Numbered from the stretch's first letter, positions 46,290 to 60,793 are shown. The stretch is 64,000 nucleotides of DNA from Eutreptiella sp. 'Long Island Sound 2002' (GCA_964036045.1 OZ038378.1:15686001-15750000); one strand, 5' to 3'. Notes: generated by a model not told the origin, from the sequence alone. Numbers and translations are program-made.

Positions 46290-46985
46290 TGTGCTGTGTC
46301 GGGGAAGGACAATGTGCGCAAAAAAAGCGTCACCAGTGGAGCGCATGTACTGCTATGGAGCGGGCTGCAACAGGTGGTAATATGCAGCCGAATGTGGTTC
46401 CCGACCGTCCCTCTTTGCAACACAGCAACGTGTCGTGAGGTACACAAAGTGCCTAAAAGATGCCCCGCGCACCCTGCGCGTACCCCACGTGTGCCCCGCG
46501 TAGCAAGATTCCCTGTGACCCTACATAGGTCCAGCCCTGTGGTCAAAACTGCAAACTCTGATTGCCCGGTCACTTTGTTGCAGAAACGTTGCAGTTGGAA
46601 CCTGCTCACCCCACAGAACAAAGAAGTCATCGTACTGCTCAGGTTCCTTCATTCATTCATTCTGTGGCGGCTTATACCCCCGCCTGGGCCGCTGATGTAC
46701 CCTCCGATGGTGCTTGACCCAACAGTGGGCACGTACGCCATTCCCCTGTTCTCCAAAGTTGTTGGGCCTTCACCACATGGGAATGAGTTCCAGCACGTCA
46801 CTCACATGCGGGGTGCTGTTGACCACGCCAAGGCCCCACTGATTTTCTCATACTCTGGGTCTTTTTGGTTCATGACCATGTGTTGCAGGTGGATGCTTTG
46901 GGCAAGGTTTCCCCTTGTGGGCCATTTGGAAGAGGTCTGTGGAGGCAGGTCCTGGGGATAACATCTCCGGTGCGCGGGGCACGTG
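46290..46985. repeat. Two fragments of the 32920-34020 repeat family in opposite orientations
   Basis: 46308-46432 is direct and 46755-46980 is reverse-complement relative to the copy in XPR1 intron 4. Confidence 0.7.
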
Positions 46986-48538
46986 CCGGGTACGCACGGG
47001 GCAAACAATACCTCTCAGGTGACAGCCCCAGCCCTACCGGTGTGTTACTGCCAACATTGCCCCCTTCCCCCCCCTGCACAGTCCTGGTGGGGGGGAGAGG
47101 ATCGTCACTTACCCCAAAAGTCCATGGCACCAAAGGCTCCTAGTCCACATGGAGGGGGTTGTCCTTTGGTGCCTGTTGCTCCCAAGGGTGGCAATGTTAT
47201 TGATGCAGTACCCATGTTTGTGCGGAGACTGTGCAAGGGGGGGGCAGGCTAGGCATGCGTCACTGGCTACAAATACGCCGCTAGCCAATGGATGCCCGAT
47301 GCTCGCCCACTCAGGTCACTCTTTAGAGTCACATTTTACTGCTTTGCTGCTTACTGTTGCCTCAGAGCCCTGTTTTCCCTGCACGGAAGGGCCTTGGGAA
47401 GGCGCACAAATGGAGCTCAGATACTTGTTGTCTGCATCTTTGGAAGGCGAGACCGCCGGTCACCGGGGCCGTTACATGTCTGGGGCACGATTTGTCTAAC
47501 GCACAGGCCTTTCAGTTCTCAACGAAATGTCAATGCTGCTGGACTTGCTGGAGAAAGAGACAGTGCCATTTGCCATCACCGCAACCCACCCCCGTTTCGG
47601 CCCCCAGCCTCTGGCCCTGGTCCGCGTCCATCAAATCCCTGCGCCGAGCAACGGCAAGAACTGCCCTGCCCTCGGACGGTTGCTGCTGGTCTGTGATTAG
47701 GGCTTTGGTACTGCGCTTTCAGTCATTTTGCTGATTGACGAGTGCCATGCAGACGTGTGCCATTTGTCGCACTGGAGGGAACAGTAGCATGCCAGGTGCT
47801 TCTACCCAAACCCCAATGCCACAAAGCAGAGAGGAACTGAGTGGCTACAGAACCCTGCCTTCTCGGGGTCCCTAGGGCGGGGAAGTCCTGGGTAGCGCTT
47901 GGTACGGAGCCCGTCGGGGGCATTTCGGCCTACAAATATGCCCGGCGTGCACCCGCGGTCCACCTGAGCTGCATCAGTCTGTCCGTATTTTATTGCATTT
48001 TTGCACAAATTACCGTGCACATAACCTAATGACCCACACACTTTGGGGGACGAAACCCTTTTTTAGGCACAGCAGATGTCACATTTGTTGTGCAAACGGA
48101 ATTCATAGATTTGGTTTTATATTGTGCGCTCTGTTGGGCAGGGGGTGATTCTGGCTTGCTTGGAGGGGCTTCTCCAAGGGAGGGTAAGACTGGGGCCAAA
48201 GTTAGAAAATTTTGGCTCCAAAGCAGGGCACCAGGCACGCGGCGGACAGCCACTCCCTCTTTGGGCGGCTCATTCTTGCACTCTGTTTTGACAGAAAACA
48301 TGCGACCACACATTTCGAGCCTGAGGCCGAAGCTGTAAACATGCGGACATCCCCTTGAGCCACGGAACATTGCAAGCGTGGAGCTGATGGGCCTCTGGGG
48401 CGCTGTGCCAGCACACTAATATTCACGACCACCACCCCGAGGTGTGTGCATTGTCCGGTGTTGCTGTTGGATTTTCGGGGTGATCAAATTGGTGGTTGAT
48501 GGGCAGATGCACATTGGGGGAGGGGGGGCTCCGCTAAT

Positions 48539-48678
48539 GCGGAAACGACACCAGCGGGAACATGGGCTGCAGCGGCCGTCAGAACACAGCGACCCGATGC
48601 AGCACGCGAAGGGAAGAACGGGTGACTGTCCAGGGCCGCGTGAAGAAACAGCAACCCGACGGAATGTCACACAGGGGG
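48539..48678 (+). repeat. Dispersed repeat, copy 2 of 12538-12676
   Basis: Colinear alignment by eye. Confidence 0.85.
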
Positions 48679-49444
48679 TTGCACCGTGTACACACTGTGC
48701 GTATTTTAGGGGCTTGTGGAACGGGTGCAGCCTGTCGTCCTCAGTGCTGGTATAAGGCGTAGGAAAAAAGGCTGGTGTGGCATGTCCTTAACTTCGGAAA
48801 CTGGATGGCATGAAAAAGAGGTCGAAAGGACGGTCATTCACTCCTCAAACTCTGCATGTTTGTGTTGCCCCAGCGCATCCTCCGCCGCGCAGTTTTAGTT
48901 GCCGGAGTCACCGCCACATCCTCTAGATAGGCGGGCGCATGTCTCCAAGACGCTGTGCCGATTTTTTGAAAGCTCTGGAGCCAAAGGGGAGTCGCGGGCG
49001 GGAGTGGAGTGCATAAACGCATCCCCGTGCGTGTGCAACCTCATCTCTTGCGTACGTGTGTTCTACCTGTGAAGACCGACATCCAGAGGGAAGTGGCTCG
49101 CATCCTAACCGGAATAGACACCTGCTCAATTTGACTATCTTTGAGGCTGGGTGTTCTCCTCGGCCACTACTTTGGGGGGGGGCGGGGGGGGGGGGAGACG
49201 GGTCGCGTCATTACCCGAGGAGCCCCCCCCCCCCCCCCGCTAACTGTACTCCAAACAAAATCGCCCGTTTTGTCTGGGCTGACTTCGGTCTGAAAGACAA
49301 GCAACGACGGTGAAGGCGCAGCTGTGCTGTGGACATTCACAACTCGGTCCTCAGGATGCGTTCTCAGGGGCTGCGGAGATGTATCTCTCTCATGTCGTCG
49401 CAGGGCGCCTCTTCAACGGTGGCCGACGTGGAGCTCGCCCTGAC

Positions 49445-49902
49445 ATGAGGGACCGGATCATGGGGCTGCTGCGCCCGCTCGTGCAGAGCACCGCCTACAG
49501 CACCGCCGTCCTCCTCCTCATCATCGCCAACTCCATCCAACTCCTCTTCCAGAACGTCTGGGAGAACCCCCAGACGCAGCACATCTTCTTGATCTTGGAA
49601 TGGGTGTTCCTCGCCCTCTTCACCCTCGAGGCCGTGCTGGGGGCCTTGGCCTACGGCCTCCTCACGAGGCCGGACGGGTACCTGCGGTCCCTATGGAACG
49701 TCCTGGACGTGCTGGTGGTGCTCGCCGGGTGGGTGACGATTCTGAGCCCCGTGGGAACGAGCCTGACGGGGCTGCGCGCCTTCCGCGTGCTCCGGCCCTT
49801 GCGCAGCATCTCCCGCGTGCAGAGCGTCAAGCTGCTGGTGCACACCGCGGCGCTGGCGCTGCCGAGCGCCACGAACGTCGTCCTCCTCCTCATTGCCTTC
49901 TG
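49445..49902 (+). CDS. Channel exon 1 (DI S1-S5)
   Basis: S4 LRAFRVLRPLR; donor TG/GTACGC in phase 2. Confidence 0.85.
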
Positions 49903-52900
49903 GTACGCCCCGTCCGTTCGCCTGCTCATGTTCGGTTGTTTTAGAGCTTGGGGCAGTGGGTTTGGACTCGGGGCGTTTGCTTGTTGATCCGTCCGTACCC
50001 CCCCCCCCCTCCGGATGGGGGTGAATCATAATGATGACGGTCAGGGGGTGGAACCCGTCAAGAAGGGTTGGCCCCGTTGGAGGCACTCCTGCTAATTTTG
50101 GACCAGCATTTGGGCTGCTGGCGGTTCACCAGGGACTACATCAATAACACCGGTACACCATCACTAACATGCGTACTACATCAATGCAAAAGTACGTTCA
50201 CCCGTGTTCTGTTTCCTTGCATCATTGGATGGTACCACCCTTTGCCTTGAAATACGCTTGCAACCCGGGGGGGGGGGGCATTGTGCGCGGGGGGGGGATT
50301 CCAAAGGGCGCGTGGGGGGGCTATGACTCAGCCCCCCCCCCCCCGCCCCTTCGGGCCCCAGGTACTGCGGCTCGCATTGCTGCAGCATAATATCACATTG
50401 CAGGACACTTGTCTGTTTCCCCTTTGCTCCCAGAAAGTTATCAAGTGATGCGGGCCGGATGTCTAAGGGTTGTGTGTGGTACTTGATGTGTTGGGCCTCC
50501 TGCCGGGAAATCCGCACGGACCAGATGTTTGTGCCTTTGGGGGGCCCAGCCTGGTCGTCCTTCAAGGCGCAGCCGCCTTCCCGGTGCCGGCGTAGCCAAG
50601 ATAGCTGGACGCAGGGCCAAGGATGCACCCGACCGGCCTGTGTGTCACCCCTCGCCCCCCTCAATCGCTGCGTGCGCCCTCACCCAAACACGTGCAGTGG
50701 GGCAGAGGGCAGTGGTGTGAGGACGCTTCTTGTCACGCATGTTGTTGGCTCGTTCCTCATTGTCAGCCCGCAGGATGACACACAGGCAGGCGGGTGAGGG
50801 GGTGCAGGGGGGGGGGGGGGGGCAGGGGGGACTTGGTCGGGATGTGGTGTGGCTGCCCCGTACAGCACAGCACCGCCGGGGGTTTGCTCTGAGGGGGTGA
50901 CGAGTGTCCATGACAGACAGCCTGGGCTCTGGGCAGTGTGGGGGGAGGGGGGGCAATCTGACACGGGGCGCACATCCGGGCCTCAGTCACCTCAGCGCTG
51001 TGGCGGCATCCTCTGCCTTGTGGTTCAGGTACCTCCTGTCCGTCATCGGCCTCCAGTTGTGGAACGGCATCGCGCACCGCCGCTGCTACGCCCCCATCCC
51101 CAACACCACTTTGCACACGCTGCTCCCGGACCAGCTGTGGCCCTGCAGCCCCAGCGCCCTGGGGCGGCAGTGCCCCGCGGGGTCCGTCTGCCTGGACCAC
51201 GCCACGTTGCTGTCTCCGCTGTCCGCCGAGGCGTGCGCGCCGGGGCAGACCATGTGCCCGTACACTGCGGTCAATCCTCTGTTCGACAACATCGGACAGA
51301 GCGCCGTGACCAATATGCAGTTCCTGAGCCACGACGCGCCGGACAAGATCCTCTTGAACGTGCAGAACGGGTGGGCGGACTGGAGCTGGCCGTACTTTGT
51401 GGTCATGACGTTTGCCGCCAACATCATCACAAACCTGTTTGTGGGCGTGTTCTACACGCAGTATGCGAAGCTGCAGAGAGCGCGGAAAGCGAAAGCGGAG
51501 GTGCGCTGCGGTCCCGATGTGCCTGTCCATTCGCACACACACTCCCGCACACACGCCTCTTCGCGCATGCTCTGTCACGTGTTCATTTATGGTTCCAGCT
51601 GCCGTCGATTGCCCGTCCATCGCCGTCAGTCAACTTCCGACTGCCGTCGACCGCCGGTCTGGGTGGGTCGGAACGGAGTGTTGTTGCTCTTTCGAGCCGC
51701 GCAAGCAGCACACCACCACCGAGACAGAGTGGGTGAGCTACAAGGGACACATCACTGCACGCCAGAGCAAGGAGGGCCCCCCACCTCCCCTATCCCGGAA
51801 GCTGTCGCCCACCAAACCTACCATCATGCCCCCCCTACGACCGCCCCCTGTTCGTCCATTGATTCTGTGGCGGCCTAGGCCCCCGCCTGGGGACAGTCCG
51901 CCTGTAGTACAGGAAAGGCAGGAGAAATGAAGAAGAGGGTTGTTAGATCAAGCATAGGCATGAGAGCCACATACCTCCTATTTTGGGGGGTATTCGCGTA
52001 GCACACCCCAAATGTATGATATCAGATGTCTCACCCCATGCCAAATCAGCATTTTGGAAGACAAAATTATCCCCCAAGGAACTTTTCGATTCTTACCCCC
52101 TCTACATGGGTACCGCTTTTATGGGAGGGGGGATGGATGGATGGATGGATGGTTGGTGCGAGAATTGAGGGCGCCCCTCCCAGCAACACGGGCCAATAGC
52201 TCAGATCTCTCGCGGTCCCTACCAGCAGCGGTTGATTGTTTTGTGTCGACACATGTGAGCAATTTTCAAGCTGGTACCACCGCAGCCGAGAGACATGGCC
52301 GAGAGACATGGCATTCGCACCAGGTACACAGGGCACAGGGACGCTATAGGCTCATCACACGTCGATACCCGTGTCTGAAAGAGAGTGACACGGCAGACGA
52401 TTACCTGTGAGGCTTGACACCCCCCCCCCCCCCTGGACCCCCCCCAGCCCATACTATTTAGAATGTGGTTGGAACTGCCAGAACTCCCAGAAATTTTGCA
52501 ATTAGCCCACATGGGTCATTTCTTTCTTACCCACGCCTTGGACTGGCCCCTTGAGGTGGGTGAGGTAGCCACTTCCGTTTTTCTCCCCGCGCTTGGCGTT
52601 GGGGCACGGAGGCCATACCTGGCCAAGGCGGTGGCACAACGGACCCCGCCACCTGTTGCTCCGTACCAGCCTTGGCTACATGCACAGCATTGCCTGCGGC
52701 CTCCGACAGACTTCTTGGTCCATGTTTCAAGACGGGCAGGGGATGTCCCCGAGAATGCATGGGTTACGTAGCATTTCCGCCCTCTTTTGGGCCCCCGAGA
52801 AGGTAGGGGTGAGGTAGCCACTTCTGTTTTTCTCCCCGCGCTTGGCGTTTGGGACGTGGGGGCATGGAGACCCCCGAGAATGCAGGGGTTACGTAGCAAT

Positions 52901-55900
52901 TCCGCCCAAAGCATAAGCAAACCCATTGTCAAGATTGTGGCCATCCTAACCCCAAGTGCACTTGTGCATGGGCTGTGGGCCCCTGTATCACCCGGCCCAA
53001 TTAAACTGTTCATCCATATATGGACATATATATGTTTGGTTGTGTTTGTAAGGCCTGGGAACATTACTGCTAGCCGGGCCGGGTAATTCATGGGCCTGTG
53101 AGACACTAGCTCAGCTTTCAATTGAGCCTTAATGATAGGAAAATCTAATCCTTCAGAGCTGACCTAACTCAGAATGGCAAAATTTCTTGATTTCAGAGCA
53201 AGAGTATGTCATGTTGCTGAGGTGACTAGGTGACCGTGATACCCTGCAGCTGCCTCGTCATCAGCCCCACTTTTTGAAGCACCGCAGCATCGCCCATGGC
53301 AGACCACCATTGACTGATCTCAGACAGATTTTTGGGGGCCAACACATACATGATGTGATGGTACATGTTCATGCACGTGGCTGGGGGCCACTCATCCACC
53401 TGAGCCCAAGACGGGAGAACGGACCATGGACTTTTGTGGGTTCGTGGCATGATAATCATGAAAAACCGCGAATTGCCACAAATTTCGGCCATTTTCAAAA
53501 CCAGAAATAATCAAGAATAACCATGAATAATCAAGGCCACGAATAAAACCACAAATAAAACCACGACTGATTATGACTACATTCGAATGATCACGAATGA
53601 CATTGGTCGTCCACCACCACAAACCTGAACGGACAGACCGCTACCATGAGCTCTTTGCGCTACCATTAGCTCTTTGCGCCCAAGAGATGTGCTCTTGAGG
53701 TTAAACACACGCCCAACACGGTCTTGGTGCCCAGCTTGTGCTTGGTCAAACACCCTGCACACCGGCTGAGCCAAGTGTGTGCTAAGGCCCGGAAGTTGGT
53801 ACCCGGTGTAGTGTGTGCAGGGTTGGGCTGGTAAACACCAGCAACCAGTCAATGAGTTCTTGAGATACCGACCTGGCCTTGCCACGTGGACGTATGTGGA
53901 TTATGTTGGACAGGGATCTATCAGTGTGAAAGTCACTCTTCGTCTAAGCGCCTAAAATTGTGACCTTGATTGGGGTTCAAATGGTGGATGATGATGATGC
54001 TATTGGGGCTTGGATGATGGATGATGATGACGGATAATCTCAAAATCGGAGATGCTAAATATGAACTAATTAGAAGAACCACTTGTAAAGTTGTGTCTGC
54101 AACAGTATAGAGCGGGCCGATTTGAGGTGGGTTTCGTATCAAAGTGAGAATCCACAAAGGGTGGGGGGAGGAGCTGGTGGACTCACAATGCATGTCCCAA
54201 CAACATGAGCAAAGCCATTACAAAAATCCCTCTTCGAGGTGCCTTGCTGAAGGCACCCCCTGTGTGCACACAGGCCACCTCCTTTGCAAAGGATGGGTAG
54301 ACCTTGCGGTGGTGGATTTTCTAGTGCTCTTGCTACTGCTTAGGACTCCGTACTTGCTATTGGAAACCAAGACCCAGGGCTGAACCTACCCGGATGGACG
54401 TAGATGTTGGTCAACTTGTTTTTCTGCCCTTAGCGAGGTCCCTAGTACATGATCTCATGTGTGTGGAGGTAACAGGAATTGGACAGGGCACGCTTCAGTT
54501 TGCCTGCACCATGATGTCTAATACTTGTTGAGTTTGGTGTGAAATGGTTTGTCTTTGACCTCAAAAACAAGGATGAGGGTCATCAGCGGGGATCACAGGG
54601 GTATCCAGACAGTCTTGTGGTTGCAGTAATGCTCCTCCTTGGAGTATGCACTGTGATTGCACCATGACCAAGCCTGAGTTGGAATTATTGGCAGTCCCTA
54701 AGAAGAAAGCCAGTCAAAACAACTATGCTGAAACACAAACAGCTCTCATCCCAGCAAGAGCGAACAGCAGCACAGCACGGCACTGCCTGGCTGAACGCAT
54801 GGCCGTAATCCCTGCACTAGCATGACCATGCTAGGCGGCGTTTGCCCAACCTACCGTCCGCATGGGCTGCAAGGTCATGAGGTGTGCGCCTGGCTTCCCC
54901 ATAAGAGGCAAGCTGTGGCCCCTAAGGCCCTCTGGACCGGGCCGGGAACAGCAGCCCAAAGGACAAAGCCCCATAGCTGGTAAGGCCACCTTGAGGTGCA
55001 ATCCACCCAATCCAACAACGTCAATGATCTCCACCACGAATTATGTCAGTTGTGCTGTTCTGTACTGTGTTGTGCTGTGTGGTGTTGTATTGTGTTGTGT
55101 TGTGTTGTGTTGTGTTGTGATTTCTTGTGTTGTGTTGTGTTGTGTTGTGTTGTGTTGTGTTGTGTTGTGTTGTGTTGTGTTGTGTTGTGTTGTGTTGTGT
55201 TGTGTTGTGTTGTGTTGTGTTGTGTTGTGTTGTGTTGTGTTGTGTTGTGTTGTGTTGTGTTGTGTTGTGTTGTGTTGTGTTGTGTTGTGTTGTGTTTTTT
55301 TGCGTTGTGTTGTGTTGTGTTGTCCCATGCCGTGGCGTGTGGTGCCGGTTTGTTTTCCTTGACCTTTGTGATTAACCCTCCTTCCGACCTCCTGAAACCC
55401 GCTCGCAAAGTCGCCGGCACTGCTTCTTCTTAGGGACGGGTGGCGCCAACAGTTTATGACACTGATGTTTCCGCTGCCGCCACCGCTGCCGCCGCCGCTC
55501 CTGGGGGCGCTTCGGGGGCGGCCGCTTCCACCGCTGCCGCCGCCGCTCCTCAAGATAAGCACAGAACCGTTGCAGCGGAGGAAGCGGCCGCAGCGGAGGA
55601 AGCGGCCGCCCCCGAAGCGCCCCCAGGCCGCAGCGCCTGCACGCAGCGCGTCTGGCGCGTACTGCACCACTGGAGCACCAAGGCCCTGCTCAATGCCGCC
55701 ATATTCCTCAACATCGTGGTGCTGGCCCTGGACCACTACAAAGCCCCAAACGCAGTGCACGAACTCATCTCCGTCACGAACACCGTGTGCCTGGCCATCT
55801 TCATTGTCGAGGTCCTGCTCCAGTGCTGGGTGCACGGCCTGCGGCAGCACTTCAGCGTCCCCTTCAACGTCCTGGACTTCCTCCTTATCGCCATGAGTTG

Positions 55901-58900
55901 CGTGGAGTTTGCGCTTTTCGGGAACGGCGCCATGTCCGCCCTGCGGTCCCTCAAAGGCCTGAAGGTCTTGAGACTGCTGATGATAGCCCGGCTGGCACAG
56001 AACATCAGAGCGCTCTCCCTGCTGATAGGTGTGCTGGCCCGGTGGGTCTGTCTGTCTGTCAAAGCACTGCGTGCATCATCTATCCACTGGGCTTTATCCT
56101 CGTGCACTAAGGGACCATCGTTGCGCTGCAGGCACGTTTGGTAGAACCCCTCATGTGCATCATCCCCATCTGGCACACACTTATGACGCTGCAATCCCCC
56201 CCCCCCATTGGCCTGTGGATTGGGTTGTCCTTGTGGTACGGGGTCCGCCCCTCAAACAACACATGCACTGCGGGGGGTACTGATATTTCATGGGCATTGT
56301 GGAGAAGGCCCAAAATTAGGGCTTGTGAAGTCGCCGCCGACGTATATAACTTTGCAGTTTGCGTGCGCACTGCGTACATGCGCACGGCATTCCCAGAGAC
56401 TCCCTGCGGTCGCCACCCGTCAATGCGCAATGGCGGTGGACGATGCGCCGACGGACGTGACTTGACGTCAGTTGGTGCGTCACGACGGCGGTTGGCAGTT
56501 GACCGACAGCGGTGGTTGGTCACCCCACGACGACGGGCGGCCTGCTGTTGGCATGGAACGGAACAGGAGCGGGGTAGGGGCGTTTTATCTTGAACAGTGC
56601 GGTGCCTCAGAGCCACCCCCTCCCTTGTCCGCTGAGTGCGACAAGCGGCCGTGTCCGTGTTGATCACATGCATTTGTGTGTCGGCCGCGTTCATGGGCTC
56701 AGGCAATGCGCCGGGGCGTAGGCTTGGGCCAGCGTGAAACAGGGCCCGCGCCCAACATCACGTGCAGTCCTGGGGCATTTGGAACACGCCCTCTCACGCT
56801 TCTGGTGCAGGCGCACTGGGTCAGGCGATCCGGGGCGCACTCGCCACGTTCTTCATCCTGGGGCTCATGATGTTCGTCTTCGCGGTTTTGGGGGTGCAAC
56901 TCTTTGGGCAGCTGGACACGTCCGACAGTCCAATCCGCTTCAGCTTCCGGACGCCGTACATGGCGCTGTTGACGGTGTGTTTGCTTTTCGCGGGGGAGGA
57001 TTGGACAGACGTCGCAGTCTACACGATGCTGCAGTCCAGCAATGCGGTGTACCTGTACTTTGTGGCGGCCTTCGTCATGGGGCAGTGGATCCTCGTATCC
57101 CTCTTCATCTCCACGTTTGTGGAGGCGTTTACGTCCACCCGCAAAGCGCAGAGGGCTCTGGATCGTCGGGTGAGCAGCCTCCGGCGTATCAGCATGTTGA
57201 AGAGCAGGGTATGGTTGCTGTTGTTGTTGGTGTTGGTGTTGGTGATGTTGTTGTCATTGCCATTGCCATTGTCATCGCCATTGTTATTTTTGTTGCTGCT
57301 GCCAGTGCTGCTGTTGGCATTGTCTTTGCTGTTGTTGTTGTTCATGTTATTGCTCATTCTAAGAGTTCTGTTGTTGCAATTCCTTCTGACATGAATGCTG
57401 ATATGCAGTAAAAGTGGTCCTTGGAAGGAAAGAGTCCCGATCCGAAAGCAAAAGCAGACACGTGGAGTTCGAGACGAAGCTGAGGAAGCTGATGTGGGAT
57501 TCCTGGAGAAGTCCAGAGAGTCGCAACGCTGGTCCCAGACGGTTGCAGTATAACAAAATTCAGTTGAAGTGCAAGCGTAGAAGAAAAGTAAAAATACACA
57601 AGACTCACGATGATAGTGATAGTGAAAATGATGGTCTATGAGCACAATTCGCTGAAGAGAGGGGGGCGAGTAAGGGGGTGTACACATTTGTGCGTTGCGT
57701 TTTATGGCTCTCTTTCCACAGCCGACGGAGCTCCTGAAAGTACGGAAACCTTGACCCACACAATGTGAACCGCCTGTAGGCAAAGGGGCGGGCGCTGAAG
57801 TGATGGGCACTCGTGTTTGTGCATGCATGCCGGGTTGCTTCGTGCAACGGTGAGCGTGTTGACCCCCCAGTTATGGTTAGCAGCCCTTGCTTTGCTTTTG
57901 AAAGTGAACAACAATGTGGATGAGTATGATGTGTGTCCCTCACCAATGTGGTTGCACACATTTACCGGGACAAATAGTGATTGTGGGTGTGGTGGACATG
58001 TGCTTCTGTGTGCATTTGTGTACACCCCTGGTTTCCATTTTACCTATGGGATTGAAGGATTCCAGGCCTCCCATGTGAGCAATAGTGGATGCCTCCGAAA
58101 GCGACAAAGTATTTCAAGATGGACATTGCCATTCAAATGCATGGATGATTGGATTTGCAACTACTAATGCTGTATTGTTTTTTTGGATGTAGGTCGAGTG
58201 AACGAAAAGTGTAAGTTGCGTGAATTGGCTATAAGTCACAAGCATTTTTTTTTCCAAGATGTAGGTCACAAAAAAGCGTGAGTGGCGTATTTTTCTTTGG
58301 CGTAGTTCGCGTGCCCATACACAAATTAAAAGTGCACGCGGCCAAAAAAACAACAATAAGCGACTTACGCCGAACACCCTTTGCAGCCCCGAGGCGGTAG
58401 GGGTGATGTAGCCATTTTGCCCACATGTGGGCCCCCAAGATGGCAGGGTTGATGCGGCCACTTCTGATTTTGTCCCCACATTGGGGACCCTCATAGGGCG
58501 GTCCTCAAGGATTTTCTTTTACAGACTGCCCTTAAGGGCATTTTTCCATCGGCTTGACACTGGCCATTTTTGTCCTTGCGCAAGATAGAGAAAGGCAAAT
58601 TGGTCCAATGGAAGCTTTGTTGCCTTCTTGTCAATCCACCAGGTGACCGCAAAGCACTACACCCGCCCATCCTACAGTACGTGTGCCATGTTTGAAGGCG
58701 TTCTTTTGTGGCACATTATGAAGGTTCTAGGGTTCAAGGTGCCCCACCAGTACTCCCGGAAGTTGATTGCCCAATAGCCCTTCAAGTTGGGATGCGTGGA
58801 ACGCTTGATGACCGCTCGGGAGGAACCACCAAAATAGTCTTCCTGAAAGAAAGTGTGGCACAAGGGAGCGAAAGAACAAGGCCCACACACCACCCAGGCA

Positions 58901-60726
58901 ACCCGTAGTGGTTTGGCTCGCAAGATGGCATGTATTTAATGTCAATAGTGACAATCGCGAAGGGCTCCACTGGTTTGTTTGTGCCATGGATTGCAGTGTG
59001 CAACTATGGGTGTTCAAAGTGTGGATCTGGGTGCCATTGGTCCATGGTGAGGTGATTGCCCATTGGGGAAGCTTGGAGGGCATCAACATTAGCCCGACGC
59101 CTTTGCCAAAAGGATTCATCCATAAAGCAATGCAAATCATTAATGCGGATCACTTTGTCCGACTCCCAGGTGCTATGGATTGGAGGAGGACCCGAACTGC
59201 TGAAAAATTGGAGAATCTCCTCCTGTATAAGCCTCCAACTCCGAGTCCCTCCCCCCATCTCCTTTGCCCCTCCTTTTTTATGTTGAGGATCCTCTTTCAT
59301 AGCCCAAGGACAATATTGCAATCAACCCCTCCTTGCAGCCAAAAGTTGGAGAAAATTTTTTCTCCCTAGCCTCCAACACCGAGGACCCGATGTCCATATG
59401 TGGGCCGTGAGTCCACGTCCCTGAGGGGTATCCAAAGGGTGCACAAGGCCGGTTGGTGCGGGATCAAATCTTTTTTGATGACCTAACCAAGGACCTCAAG
59501 CAGAATCTCTATCCTCGCGGAACACCAATCCGTGTGCAAAGCCCAATTCATTAGACTCAAAGTTTGATTTGATCTACAATTGTGTGTTCGCCGACTCTAG
59601 TAGTTGGTGCATGTTTTGTAGCATATCCTCCTCTTCTCTTTTGTTGTCTCCTCTTCTCTCCACTCCTCTCAAGTCACCGACATTATTTATTTATTTCCGC
59701 CATCTTTGGGCATGCAAGTCACCCTTCACGCCACAGCTCCATTGCTTTACCCATGCCGGAGGTACCCAAAATGTCCGTTGGGGCTATATGCTTCACCTCC
59801 TCTGTACAATGGCCGTTGTTGGGTGGTTCTTGTGGTTTTTCTTGTTGTTCTCTTTTTTTCCTGAAAATTTTTTCCATGCACGACCTACACACCCTCCAAA
59901 AAAGTGCACGCGGTTTACACCAACGCAAAAGTACGTGACTTACGCTTTTTGCCGCACTCGAACTATGCTTTCCTCCTGCACCGGTGTAGGTTGCTCTGCA
60001 AGAAATGGGCCTTGAAGCGGGCGGCAACCATACATCTCAAGCGTCTGCATTTCAGTATTACCGTAGAATACGTTTTGAGCACCAAGCAGCAGCTTTTACT
60101 ACTCCAATACTTGCAGCAACAAATTTACTGACAAAGGGGGTTGGATCAATTTGCCTCCTTGGGCATGCATGTACACACAACCTGATCCACCCTAATTGCA
60201 TTGCAGGCGATCCAACGATTGCGCAGCCGGGTTCTTACGGTCCAAACAACGCCTTCTGAGTCGCCCTGCCTGTCAGCGGACACGCTCTCGCCGCCGGCCG
60301 GTACTGTTGAGTCCTCGTCCCTCTCCATGACAATATCTTCGCCACCGCCCCCCCTGACCTGTGTGTCTTCCCCTGAAGCACCGCCCCTCGACCCGTCTCT
60401 GCTGGACTCGCCGCACGCACCCCAGAGCCCTGTTTCGCCGCTCCCCCGTGTGCAGTTTGCCACAGACGTATGTATTGCTATTCTGTGCTGCTGGTGTCCC
60501 TTCCTGTCCCTGTCGGTCTGCACCTCCCTGGTTGCCATTATTCTAGTTCCATTGGTTATATGCCATCTCCTTCCTCTCGCGGAACAATGTGCAGAGTGCA
60601 GAGTGCATGTTGCAGGGGACGGCTGGGGCACGCACATTCATATGTATGAACGTGCAATGTCGCACGATTTCACTCGCAGCATCTTCGGGGAAGTATCGAA
60701 GGCCAATGATGAGAAACATCGCTTTG

Positions 60727-60793
<67 letters not shown>

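Noticed and set aside
49392-49448. ATG-initiated MSSQGASSTVADVELALT peptide as a frameshifted channel N-terminus
   Set aside because: It is out of frame and ends in TGA. It is more simply explained as lying across the acceptor at 49403; a sequencing frameshift is not excluded but is unsupported.
54862-55433. VVLCC-repeat and HNTTQ-repeat ORFs
   Set aside because: Translation of the (TGTGT)n microsatellite.
57209-57394. Poly-Leu extension of the channel exon as extra transmembrane helices
   Set aside because: It lies after a good GTATGG donor and is a TTG/CTG-type repeat; splicing to 60207 keeps the frame.
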